Part shown: one piece after another, positions 17,713 to 26,084 of the stretch
How the letters are laid out: every line of letters starts with the position of its first letter
How positions within the stretch are numbered: position 1 is the stretch's first letter
Origin: Eubacteriales bacterium
GTDB taxonomy: Bacteria; Bacillota; Clostridia; Oscillospirales; RGIG5299
DNA: 64,000 nt
Direction: 5' to 3'
Assembly (NCBI GenBank): GCA_045588575.1
Contig: JAZNEJ010000008.1
Location: forward strand, 108,060 to 172,059
The notes under the pieces: model-generated
The model's input: only the letters and a program-made list of their open reading frames with translations
Told to the model about the DNA's origin: nothing
The model's database searches: none
Made by a program: the position numbers and the translations under genes

Positions 17713-19791
17713 TTATTCCTTATTCGCTTCGGCGATAACCGCTTCGCAAACCGATGCGGGCGCTTCTGAATAGCGCTCGAATTTGAAAACGAAGGAGGAG
17801 TTACCTTGCGACATTGAGCGAAGGTCAATTGCATAGCTCGTCATTTCAGCCATGGGAACCTCGGCTTCAACTATTTGCATGCTGTCTTCAATGGGAGTCA
17901 TACCCAAAATTCTGCCGCGGCGTTTGTTAATATCGCCTATAATATCGCCCATTATTGCGTCGGGCACCGAAACTTTAAGGTTGCCAATCGGCTCTAAAAT
18001 TACCGGCTTTGCCTGAGAAATACCCTCTTTAAACGCGATGTTTGCCGCAATTTTAAACGCCATTTCGGAGGAGTCGACGTCGTGATAAGAGCCGTCTACA
18101 AGCGTTGCCTTAACGCCAACGACGGGGTAACCTGCCAAAACGCCCTTTTGCATGGATTCTCTTAAACCCTTCTCAACTGCGGGGAAGAAGTTTTTGGGAA
18201 CTGCGCCGCCGAAAACCGATTCCTCAAAAACCATATCCTCAACGTCGGGATTGGGAGCAAACTCAATCCAAACGTCGCCGTATTGACCGTGGCCGCCCGA
18301 TTGCTTTTTGTGCTTACCTTGAACCTTAACCGTCTTTTTAATAGTTTCTCTGTATGCCACCTTGGGAGCTTCAAGTAAAACCTCAACGCCGAATTTATTC
18401 TTTAATTTAGAAACCAAAACGTCTATATGTGTTTCACCGAGAGCCGAAATAACCATCTGATGCGTTTCGGCGTTGTTTACAAACGAGAAGGTAAAATCTT
18501 CATCTTTAAGCTTTGCAAAGCCCGATGCAATTTTATCTTCCTCTCCCTTGTTTTTAGCAAGCACCGCAAGCGAATAGCAGGGGGCGGGATAGGAAATTTG
18601 ACGGTATTCAACCATATTGGCGCCGTCGCAAAGAGTGTCGCCCGTTTGGGTAACTCCAAGCTTGGTAACAATGCATATATCACCTGCAACCGCCTCGGCT
18701 GTTTCAACTTGCTTTTTGCCGCGAAGGAAGAAGAGCTTGCCTATCTTTTCGGCTTCGCCCGTGCGGAAATTTATCGCCGCCGTATCGGGCTTTAATTTTC
18801 CGGTTACTATTTTAATAAACGACATTTTGCCCACAAAAGCATCTACAACCGTTTTGAAAACGTAGCCCGAGAAGAGCTTTGAGGCATCGTAATCGGTCAT
18901 TTTTTCTTCTTTTTGCATATTTGCCGCACTTTCGGGCGTTTCAAGCGGCGAGGGGAAGAAGCCCGCAATTAAATCAAGCGCCGCCGCTATGCCGCAAAGA
19001 CTGAATGCCGAACCGCACAAAACGGGATAAAGCGAGCCTGTAACAAGCTCGTGGCAAAGGCCCGAAAGAGTTTCTTCATAGGTAAAAGGCTCGCCGCTGA
19101 AGAATTTTTCCATAAGCTCATCGGAAGCGCCTGCCGCAACCTCGTTAATGTCGTTAAGACATTTTTCCGCAAGAGCCTTTAAGTTTTCGGGAATGGGAAT
19201 TTCGCTTCTCTTGCCTTCCTTGGTGTCAACCGAATATGCCTTCATTTCAACTACGTTTATAATGCCTAAAAGCTTTCTGTCCTCAATAATGGGGATTTCG
19301 GTTGCAACAACGTGGTTACCGTATCTTTCACGAAGCGACGCCAAAACCTTAAAGAAATCGGCGTTTTCATCGTCTAATTTGTTTATAAAAAATGCGCGAG
19401 GCATTGAAATACGTTTTGTGAGCTTAAACGCTCTGTCGGTTGCAACGCCTATTCCGCTCTTGCCCGAAACGCAAATTAAAGCCGCCTCGGCAGCGCGAAT
19501 TCCCTGAACCGTTTCACCCTCGAAATCGAAATATCCGGGAGTATCTATTAAATTTATTTTTTTATCATTCCAGATTATAGGAAGAATTGATGCCGAAAGA
19601 GAACATTTTCTTTTAATTTCTTCGGAATCAAAGTCGGAAACGGTGTTACCGTCGGCAACTTTTCCCAATCTGTCGCTTGATTTCGACATAAAAAGCATTG
19701 CTTCCGCAACGGACGTTTTTCCCGCGCCGCCTGCTCCCAAAAGCACGACGTTACGAATTTTGTTTGTTTCTGAACAGTTCAAGATTGACAA
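17713..19791 (-). CDS. Elongation factor G family GTPase (EF-G2-like paralogue)
   Basis: 692 aa with G1 GAGGAGKTS, DTPGYFDF, NKLD and EF-G domain IV/V-like regions. It is not in an rpsL-rpsG-fusA-tuf context. Confidence 0.8.
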   Translation of the reverse strand: MSILNCSETNKIRNVVLLGAGGAGKTSVAEAMLFMSKSSDRLGKVADGNTVSDFDSEEIKRKCSLSASILPIIWNDKKINLIDTPGYFDFEGETVQGIRAAEAALICVSGKSGIGVATDRAFKLTKRISMPRAFFINKLDDENADFFKVLASLRERYGNHVVATEIPIIEDRKLLGIINVVEMKAYSVDTKEGKRSEIPIPENLKALAEKCLNDINEVAAGASDELMEKFFSGEPFTYEETLSGLCHELVTGSLYPVLCGSAFSLCGIAAALDLIAGFFPSPLETPESAANMQKEEKMTDYDASKLFSGYVFKTVVDAFVGKMSFIKIVTGKLKPDTAAINFRTGEAEKIGKLFFLRGKKQVETAEAVAGDICIVTKLGVTQTGDTLCDGANMVEYRQISYPAPCYSLAVLAKNKGEEDKIASGFAKLKDEDFTFSFVNNAETHQMVISALGETHIDVLVSKLKNKFGVEVLLEAPKVAYRETIKKTVKVQGKHKKQSGGHGQYGDVWIEFAPNPDVEDMVFEESVFGGAVPKNFFPAVEKGLRESMQKGVLAGYPVVGVKATLVDGSYHDVDSSEMAFKIAANIAFKEGISQAKPVILEPIGNLKVSVPDAIMGDIIGDINKRRGRILGMTPIEDSMQIVEAEVPMAEMTSYAIDLRSMSQGNSSFVFKFERYSEAPASVCEAVIAEANKE

Positions 19792-20025
19792 CTCCTTTGA
19801 ATATCTGTTTGCATAAAATTTGTGCAGTTGTTACAACAGAAATTAAAATTTGTAATTACATTATAGTATATTGCCAACAACTTTGCAAGTATTTTCACAG
19901 TTTTTTAAAAAATTTCGTTTCAAAAAGCACGCTTGAAAGGTTTTGAAAAACGAAAAACACTTGAAAATAAGAAAAAAATATTGTATAATGCATAAAACGG
20001 CTGAAAAGCTTTTAAGGGTAAAATT

Positions 20026-20787
20026 ATGGAAATTATAAGATTTGAAATTGAAAACAGCCGCTTTTTCGGCGTTATAAACGGAAACGAGGCGGAGGTAATT
20101 TCTTCTCCTTTTAACGAAGAAATCAGCTTTTTGGGCAAAAGCTTTCCGCTTGATAAAATTAAACTTCTTGCTCCCACCGAGCCCACAAAAATAGTTGCGG
20201 CGGGGCTTAACTACCAAAAGCACACCGAAGAGCTTAAAGAAAAATTTCCCGATGAACCCGTTTTCTTTATTAAGCCTTCAACAACGCTTAACAATCCGTT
20301 CGACGATATCCCTCTTTACAAAAACGCCGGCAGAACAGATTACGAGGGCGAGCTTGCCGTTGTAATTAAAAAGGAATGCCGAAACGTTTCGCCCGAAGAG
20401 GTTAAGGATTATATTTTGGGCTACACGATTTTAAACGACGTTACCGCCCGAACGCTTCAGAAAAAAGACGGGCAGTGGACCAGAGCCAAAGGATTTGACG
20501 GCTTTTGTCCCATCGGTCCGCATATTGAAACCGAGCTTAACACCGCCAATCTTTCTTTAAAAACCTATAAGGACGGCGTTTTGGTCCAAGACGGCAACAC
20601 CTGCGATATGATTTGGAGCGCCGAGCAGCTCGTTTCTTTTGCATCTTCGTTTTTAACGCTTCTTCCCGGCGACGTGGTTTCAACGGGAACTCCCTCGGGA
20701 ATTGGCGAAGCCAAAGACGGAGAAACGGTTGAAATTGAAATTGAGGGCATAGGCATTTTGAAAAACACATATAAATCGAAAGAGTGA
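20026..20787 (+). CDS. Fumarylacetoacetate hydrolase (FAH) family protein
   Basis: GLNYQKH...FFIKPSTT...DYEGELAVVI...PGDVVSTGTPSGIG. Confidence 0.85.
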   Translation: MEIIRFEIENSRFFGVINGNEAEVISSPFNEEISFLGKSFPLDKIKLLAPTEPTKIVAAGLNYQKHTEELKEKFPDEPVFFIKPSTTLNNPFDDIPLYKNAGRTDYEGELAVVIKKECRNVSPEEVKDYILGYTILNDVTARTLQKKDGQWTRAKGFDGFCPIGPHIETELNTANLSLKTYKDGVLVQDGNTCDMIWSAEQLVSFASSFLTLLPGDVVSTGTPSGIGEAKDGETVEIEIEGIGILKNTYKSKE

Positions 20788-21452
20788 AGCATTTGAAAAA
20801 AGCAGTAATATTCGACCTCGACGGAACTCTTCTCAACACGCTTGACGACCTCGCCGATTCAATGAACGAAAGTCTTAAAAGGCTCGGTTTTCCCACACAC
20901 GAAACCGATGCATATCGCATCTTCGTTGGCGACGGCGTTAAAATGCTTGCAAAAAGGGCTCTTCCCGAAGGTGAGAAAACCGACGAAAACTGCGAAAAGC
21001 TTTTAAAAATTTACGCCGAGGTTTACAAGGCAAATCAGCAAAACAAAACAAAGCCATACGAAGGCGTTGAAAGCGTTATAAAATCGCTTAAAGAGCTCGG
21101 CTTTGAGCTTTTCGTTTTATCGAACAAGCCCGATTTAAACACCAAGGAAATTGTAAAGCATTATTTCGGCGACGTTTTTAACGGCGTTTACGGGCAGGTT
21201 GAAGCTTTTCCGAAAAAGCCCGACCCTTCCTACGCTCTTCATATTCTTCAGATAAACGGCATAAAGCCCGAAAATACAATTTTCGTTGGCGATTCAAGTC
21301 CCGATATTTTAACGGCAAAGGCGGCAAAAACTCACTCGGTGGGCGTAAGCTGGGGTTTTCGAGGCGAAGCGGAGCTTAAAAACGCAGGTGCGGAAAAGAT
21401 TGTTAAAAGCTCGGAAGAGCTTTTGAAATACATAACTGACTTTGAGTTTTAA
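20784..21452 (+). CDS. HAD-family hydrolase (phosphoglycolate-phosphatase-like)
   Basis: VIFDLDGTLLNT, LSNK and FVGDSSPDILTAKAA HAD motifs I-IV. GTG start overlaps the FAH stop (GTGA). Confidence 0.85.
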   Translation: MKHLKKAVIFDLDGTLLNTLDDLADSMNESLKRLGFPTHETDAYRIFVGDGVKMLAKRALPEGEKTDENCEKLLKIYAEVYKANQQNKTKPYEGVESVIKSLKELGFELFVLSNKPDLNTKEIVKHYFGDVFNGVYGQVEAFPKKPDPSYALHILQINGIKPENTIFVGDSSPDILTAKAAKTHSVGVSWGFRGEAELKNAGAEKIVKSSEELLKYITDFEF

Positions 21453-21472
21453 TTCTGAAAGGAAACGTATTT

Positions 21473-22321
21473 ATGAAAAAAAGATGGTTAATTTCAGCAG
21501 ACAGCGGTATTGACTTACCCAAAGAAATAGTTGAAAAATTTGATATTCGCATTTCAAATATTTGGATTACTTTGGGCGAAGAAACAAGAAAAGACAACGA
21601 ATTTACTCAGGATGAGCTTTACGAATATGCAAACCGCACGGGAACGCTTCCCAAAACGGGTGCTTTATCTCCTTTGGTTTACGAGGAATGGTTTTCCTCT
21701 CTTTTAGAAGAGGCTGAAAGCGTAGTTCACATAAGCCTTTCTTCCGGAATTTCAAGCAGCAATCAAAACGCTGCGGTTGCGGCGGAAAGCATTGATAACG
21801 TTTTCGTAATCGACTCTCTTAACCTTTCAACCGGCTTCGGACATCTCGTTTATTACGCCGCAGAGCTTCTTGAAGGCGGAATGGAGGTTAAAGACGTCGT
21901 TAACGAAATTGAAAGAGTTAAGTCTCTTGTTGACACTTCTTTCGTTTTAGACAGTCTTGAATATATGAAGATGGGCGGCAGATGCAGCGCCGTTGCCGTT
22001 TTGGGCGCAAATCTTTTGAAATTAAAGCCCTGCATTGAGGTTAAAGACGGCAAGCTTGGAATGTGCAAAAAATACAGAGGTAAATTTGAAGACGTTTTAA
22101 TTTCTTACGTTGACGACCGTTTGGCAAATCTCGAAAATATCGACGACAAGAGAATTTTCGTAACTCACGCAGGCGTTGATAACGGACTCGAAGAAAAAAT
22201 CCGCGATTATGTTGCTTCAAAAGGCTTCTTTAAGGAAATTTTAATTTCCCGCGCAAGCTGCACCATCTCCACTCACTGCGGCAAAAACACCTTGGGAATT
22301 TTGTTTTTCCGTAAAAGTTAA
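21473..22321 (+). CDS. DegV family fatty-acid-binding protein
   Basis: 282 aa with PKTGALSP, SLSSGISSSNQNA and DSLEYMKMGGR. Confidence 0.9.
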   Translation: MKKRWLISADSGIDLPKEIVEKFDIRISNIWITLGEETRKDNEFTQDELYEYANRTGTLPKTGALSPLVYEEWFSSLLEEAESVVHISLSSGISSSNQNAAVAAESIDNVFVIDSLNLSTGFGHLVYYAAELLEGGMEVKDVVNEIERVKSLVDTSFVLDSLEYMKMGGRCSAVAVLGANLLKLKPCIEVKDGKLGMCKKYRGKFEDVLISYVDDRLANLENIDDKRIFVTHAGVDNGLEEKIRDYVASKGFFKEILISRASCTISTHCGKNTLGILFFRKS

Positions 22322-22338
22322 GTGATTTTAAATTAAAA

Positions 22339-22367
22339 GAGAGAACCGAAAAGTTCTCTCTTTTTTG
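22339..22367 (+). terminator. Rho-independent terminator after degV-family gene
   Basis: agagagaac-cgaaaa-gttctctct followed by ttttt. Confidence 0.65.
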
Positions 22368-22370
22368 TTA

Positions 22371-22632
22371 TTTTCCGCTCGTGCCGCGGGGGCATCTATA
22401 TCTTCCGCTCGTGCCGCGGGGCACGTCCTTTCTTGTGTAGACGAAAAGAAAGGACGCAAAGATTCGTCTTAAAGGGGGAATTTCAATTTCCCCCTTAATC
22501 GCCGATTTAAAAGAAATAACAAAGCCGCCGAGAAAAAATCGGCGGCAATATTTATTAAATTTTAAAATAAATCTTCGGCGACATTAACCCCCTTAAACGA
22601 CAAGGGCGTTGCCCTTGACCTGTTTTGTGTAA
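22371..22632. repeat. Multi-hairpin intergenic repeat element, copy B
   Basis: Collinear with 13783-14049. Differences are concentrated in hairpin loops (tttcggt vs tttcaat, ttac vs gtt). Confidence 0.6.
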
Positions 22633-22702
22633 AAACATTTCTTTGCCCGTGAGGTGTTGCGAGGTTGTTAGTTTTAATGAGTTGCTCGGGCACCAACGGG
22701 CT

Positions 22703-22750
22703 TCTTTCCGCTCGTGCCGCGGGGCACGTCCTTTCTTGTGTAGACGAAAA
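22703..22750. repeat. Extra partial unit of the repeat element 5' module
   Basis: ttctttccgctcgtgccgcggggcacgtcctttcttgtgtagacgaaaa repeats the 5' module at 22411-22456 almost exactly (one extra t in ttcttt vs tcttcc). It ends 8 nt from the spo0A stop. Confidence 0.5.
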
Positions 22751-22757
22751 CGCCGTT

Positions 22758-23522
22758 TTACACTGCAATTTGGCGTTTAAGTCTTAACTTATCTGCCAAA
22801 AGAGCAATAAATTCGCTGTTTGTGGGTTTGCCCTTGTTAACCGAAACAGTGTAGCCGAAAACCGACTGAAGCTTTTCTATATCGCCTCTTTCCCACGAAA
22901 CCTCAATTGCGTGGCGTATTGCTCTTTCAACTCTTGAAGGTGTGGTTTGGAATTTTTTCGCGATGGCAGGATATAAAATTTTTGTTACCGCGTGCATAAC
23001 CTCGGGGTTTTCAATAGACATAATAATTGCGCTTCTTATGTAATAATAGCCTTTTATATGAGCGGGAATACCGAGGTCTAAAATATAATCGGTAACCTCC
23101 TTTTCAATTTCGTGCATAAGTCCGCTGTCTATCTCCTCACTCTTTTGGCTTCCGCCTGCAAGACGCTTAATTCTGTCGCAAAGAGTATCGGCGTCAAACG
23201 GTTTTAAAAGATAGTAACCCACGCCGAGAGCATTCGATTCTTTCATAAGATAATCGCTTGAAAGCTTGGTTGCAATTACGAAAACGGTTTTCGGCGAGAG
23301 ATTTCTCTCCTTCACTCGCTTTATAACTCCAATTCCGTCAATTCCCGAAAGCAAAATGTCGGTTACCACAATATCGGGCTTTTCACTTCTTATAATGTTT
23401 AAACCTTCCTCACCGTTTCCCGTTGTTCCTACAATTTCAAATCCTCTTCTGTTCAACTCCATCGCCATTGAATGACGGAATGACGTGCTGTCATCCAACA
23501 GCAAAATTCGTGTTTTTAACAT
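22758..23522 (-). CDS. spo0A: Sporulation master regulator Spo0A
   Basis: Receiver domain (LLLDDS...[14 protein letters not shown]) plus the diagnostic Spo0A C-domain ([15 protein letters not shown]...[31 protein letters not shown]). Confidence 0.95.
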   Translation of the reverse strand: MLKTRILLLDDSTSFRHSMAMELNRRGFEIVGTTGNGEEGLNIIRSEKPDIVVTDILLSGIDGIGVIKRVKERNLSPKTVFVIATKLSSDYLMKESNALGVGYYLLKPFDADTLCDRIKRLAGGSQKSEEIDSGLMHEIEKEVTDYILDLGIPAHIKGYYYIRSAIIMSIENPEVMHAVTKILYPAIAKKFQTTPSRVERAIRHAIEVSWERGDIEKLQSVFGYTVSVNKGKPTNSEFIALLADKLRLKRQIAV

Positions 23523-23598
23523 AGGTTAATCTCTCTTTCGTTAGGTTTTTTGAGGGGGCTTAATATATTTTACCATAAATTGCCAATTTATCAATAAA

Positions 23599-23613
23599 AC
23601 TGTAAAAAACAGT
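23599..23613. promoter_or_regulatory. Palindrome ACTGT-N5-ACAGT (candidate operator)
   Basis: actgtaaaaaacagt, in the divergent spo0A / paralogue-1 intergenic region. Shares aaaactgtaaa with the next palindrome. Confidence 0.3.
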
Positions 23614-23656
23614 CAAAAAAGAAATTTAACAAAAAAACAAGGTATATGCTGGAAAA

Positions 23657-23677
23657 AACTGTAAATATTTTACAGTT
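23657..23677. promoter_or_regulatory. Perfect 9-3-9 palindrome AACTGTAAA-TAT-TTTACAGTT (candidate operator)
   Basis: Read directly from the sequence. No cognate regulator is assigned. Confidence 0.35.
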
Positions 23678-23772
23678 TAAAAAAATAAAATGTAATGTTA
23701 ACGACATAACGGCAAAATATTAAAATTTTTTTAAACAAATAAAATTTTATTGTTTAAAAAGGCAAATTTTTA

Positions 23773-23801
23773 TTGCAAATAGCAAATATGTGTGTTATAA
23801 T
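23773..23801 (+). promoter_or_regulatory. Sigma-A-type extended -10 promoter of paralogue 1
   Basis: TTGCAA, 17-nt spacer ending TGt, TATAAT. Confidence 0.55.
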
Positions 23802-23845
23802 TTTAATAATAACATTATAATGCCTTTGTTACGGAGGAATTAAAA

Positions 23846-25987
23846 ATGGCAAAGAAAATAATTTCACTTTTGCTTTGCGTAATACTTTTACTTGGAGTTG
23901 CGAGCCTTTTTTCTGCCTGCAATATTCAAATGGTTGGCAGAACCTACTACATAAGCTCTTCAACAGGTAATGATGCAAACGACGCAAAAACCGAAAATAC
24001 CGCTTGGAAAACCTTTGCAAACCTTAAAAACACCGTTTTAAAAGAGGGCGACAGGGTTTTATTAAAACGAGGCGACGAATGGAACGAGCGTCTTGAAATT
24101 TACGGCGGCGGAAGCGAGGCTCACAGAGCTTTGGTTTCTTCCTACGGCGATAAATCTGCGCCCAAGCCCATAGTCCGTCTTAACAACGGCATAAACGATA
24201 TCTGCATGCTCGTTTCCGACGTGCGTTACGATGCTAACGCTCAAAATCAGGTTAACAACTGTTCAAACCTTACGATTGAGGAGCTCGACCTTAGAAGTGC
24301 ATACCTCGGCATTTATTTCAGAACTCTCGTTTATCACTGCAACAACTTAACCGTTAGAAACGTTGATATTTCTGAAATTTGGTGCGATGAGGTTTTAAGC
24401 AAAATGTCATCTGCCAACGGCGGCGGCCCAACCACCGACGCTTATTATGCAGGTCTTCCCAAAGCAAATCTTCCTTTGGTTACTATAAACCCCGACGCTC
24501 CCTATGATACTCCCCAAAAGGTAAGCTCGGTTCAAGCTACCGGCGGCGGCGCAAACGAATGGCTTATTGCAAGCGCAGTTTTGTTCACGGGCGGCTGGAC
24601 TAACCTTGAATTCGGAAATATCATTATGAATAACGCCGTTAACGGTCTTGAACTTATTGCCTCCTACGACATTTGGGTTCACGACGTAGTTGCGGCAGGC
24701 GGTCTTCCTTTCCGCTCACAGCAGTGCCACGATGTTACTCTTGAAAGAGTTCGTTGCTTGCAAACTCACGAAACGTACACCTTCTGGGGCGGCATTACCG
24801 GAAGCTATTTCGGCGCAACCACCAGAGCTCTTTTAAAAGACAGTGAAATGTCATACGTTTGGAGAAACGGCGAAAACGACGGTTGCGGACTCGACTACGA
24901 AACTCAGTGTTGGAGCGTTGCCACCCAAAACAGCGTTTTCCATCATAACGATTCGGGCTCTCTTTTAATTATGGAACTTCCCGAAACCAACCTGCACGAA
25001 AACGTAAGCTTTGATTATAACCTTTGCTATAACAATATCAGAGACGCCAAGAGCGACACCTATAACTACGAAGTTTTAATGAGAAACCACGGCACAAACA
25101 ACATCTCTATTTCCTATAACGATTTCTTTACCCGCGCATCTAACGGTTGGGGTCAGATTTACTACATCGGCTGCAAGGAAGACAAAGTTGCCGCTTCAAC
25201 GATTAAAGAAGGCAATAATCAAAATTCGGTTAACAATTACCGCACCCGTTTCGCTTTCAACAGCAGCAGCAACGAGGGTTGGTCGTTATATAACGGTCTC
25301 GGCGCATACGGAATTGAAGACGGCGTTTTGAAAATTGTTACAAACGCAAACAAAACGGGCGCAGTCGTTCTTAATAACCGCATCAACGGTCTTTGCTATA
25401 AGAAGATGTTCTTCAAGGTTACAAACGACGTTAAGGGAACCCTTCAGGTTCAATACACTCTTCCCGACGGAACAGTTGAAAAGAGCGAAGCAGTCAAGAT
25501 TAACGGTGCAGGCGACTATATTGTTTCACTTCCCGAAAATCTTGCTTCAATAATCGACGACGTTGCAATAATCTTTACTTCGAATAAAGCAAACCAGCAG
25601 CTTCACATTGATTACGCTCAGTTTATTCTCGATATGAACGCAACCGCTAAAAAGGCGGGCAACAATGCTATTGACATAACCTTCGGCGGCACCTCTACCC
25701 CCTTTATTTCCGATAGCATTAACACCTCTAATATTGCAATTAACGGCTACACCGTTTCCGGCATTAACAAAACCTCCTACAACACCGTTAGAGTAACGGT
25801 TAACGAAGCGGTTTCCGACCTTACCAATTTAAGCGTTACCGCAGATGCCGAGCTTTTCATTCCCTATTTTGCCGATATTATTAACGGTCTTGACTGCGAC
25901 AGAACTGCCGCGCAGGACGCATCGCTTCTCGGCGGAGCCGTTCAGTCTTTTTACTATAACGGTTCTCTTACCCTTATTTGTAAATAA
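23846..25987 (+). CDS. Beta-helix-like surface lipoprotein, paralogue 1 (713 aa)
   Basis: Signal peptide plus lipobox (LFSAC). YYISSSTGNDANDAKTENTAWKTF...EGDRVLLKRGDEWNE resembles the N-terminal cap of pectate-lyase-fold proteins. Conserved GENDGCGLDYETQCW and FHHNDSGSLLIME blocks. The C-terminal ~230 aa look like a beta-sandwich plus an Ig-like module. Family shared with five downstream genes. Confidence 0.7.
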   Translation: MAKKIISLLLCVILLLGVASLFSACNIQMVGRTYYISSSTGNDANDAKTENTAWKTFANLKNTVLKEGDRVLLKRGDEWNERLEIYGGGSEAHRALVSSYGDKSAPKPIVRLNNGINDICMLVSDVRYDANAQNQVNNCSNLTIEELDLRSAYLGIYFRTLVYHCNNLTVRNVDISEIWCDEVLSKMSSANGGGPTTDAYYAGLPKANLPLVTINPDAPYDTPQKVSSVQATGGGANEWLIASAVLFTGGWTNLEFGNIIMNNAVNGLELIASYDIWVHDVVAAGGLPFRSQQCHDVTLERVRCLQTHETYTFWGGITGSYFGATTRALLKDSEMSYVWRNGENDGCGLDYETQCWSVATQNSVFHHNDSGSLLIMELPETNLHENVSFDYNLCYNNIRDAKSDTYNYEVLMRNHGTNNISISYNDFFTRASNGWGQIYYIGCKEDKVAASTIKEGNNQNSVNNYRTRFAFNSSSNEGWSLYNGLGAYGIEDGVLKIVTNANKTGAVVLNNRINGLCYKKMFFKVTNDVKGTLQVQYTLPDGTVEKSEAVKINGAGDYIVSLPENLASIIDDVAIIFTSNKANQQLHIDYAQFILDMNATAKKAGNNAIDITFGGTSTPFISDSINTSNIAINGYTVSGINKTSYNTVRVTVNEAVSDLTNLSVTADAELFIPYFADIINGLDCDRTAAQDASLLGGAVQSFYYNGSLTLICK

Positions 25988-25997
25988 TTTTAATTTA

Positions 25998-26024
25998 AGC
26001 CCCGAGAGTTTCTCGGGGCTTTTT
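25998..26024 (+). terminator. Rho-independent terminator of paralogue 1
   Basis: agccccgaga-gtt-tctcggggct followed by tttt. Confidence 0.7.
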
Positions 26025-26025
26025 A

Positions 26026-26054
26026 TTGCTTTTTGCTTGCTTTTATGTTAAAAT
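26026..26054 (+). promoter_or_regulatory. Sigma-A-type extended -10 promoter of AEC permease gene
   Basis: TTGCTT (abutting the terminator T-tail), 17-nt spacer ending TGt, TAAAAT. Confidence 0.5.
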
Positions 26055-26084
26055 TATTGCAGTTTAACGAAAAAGGAAAAAATT

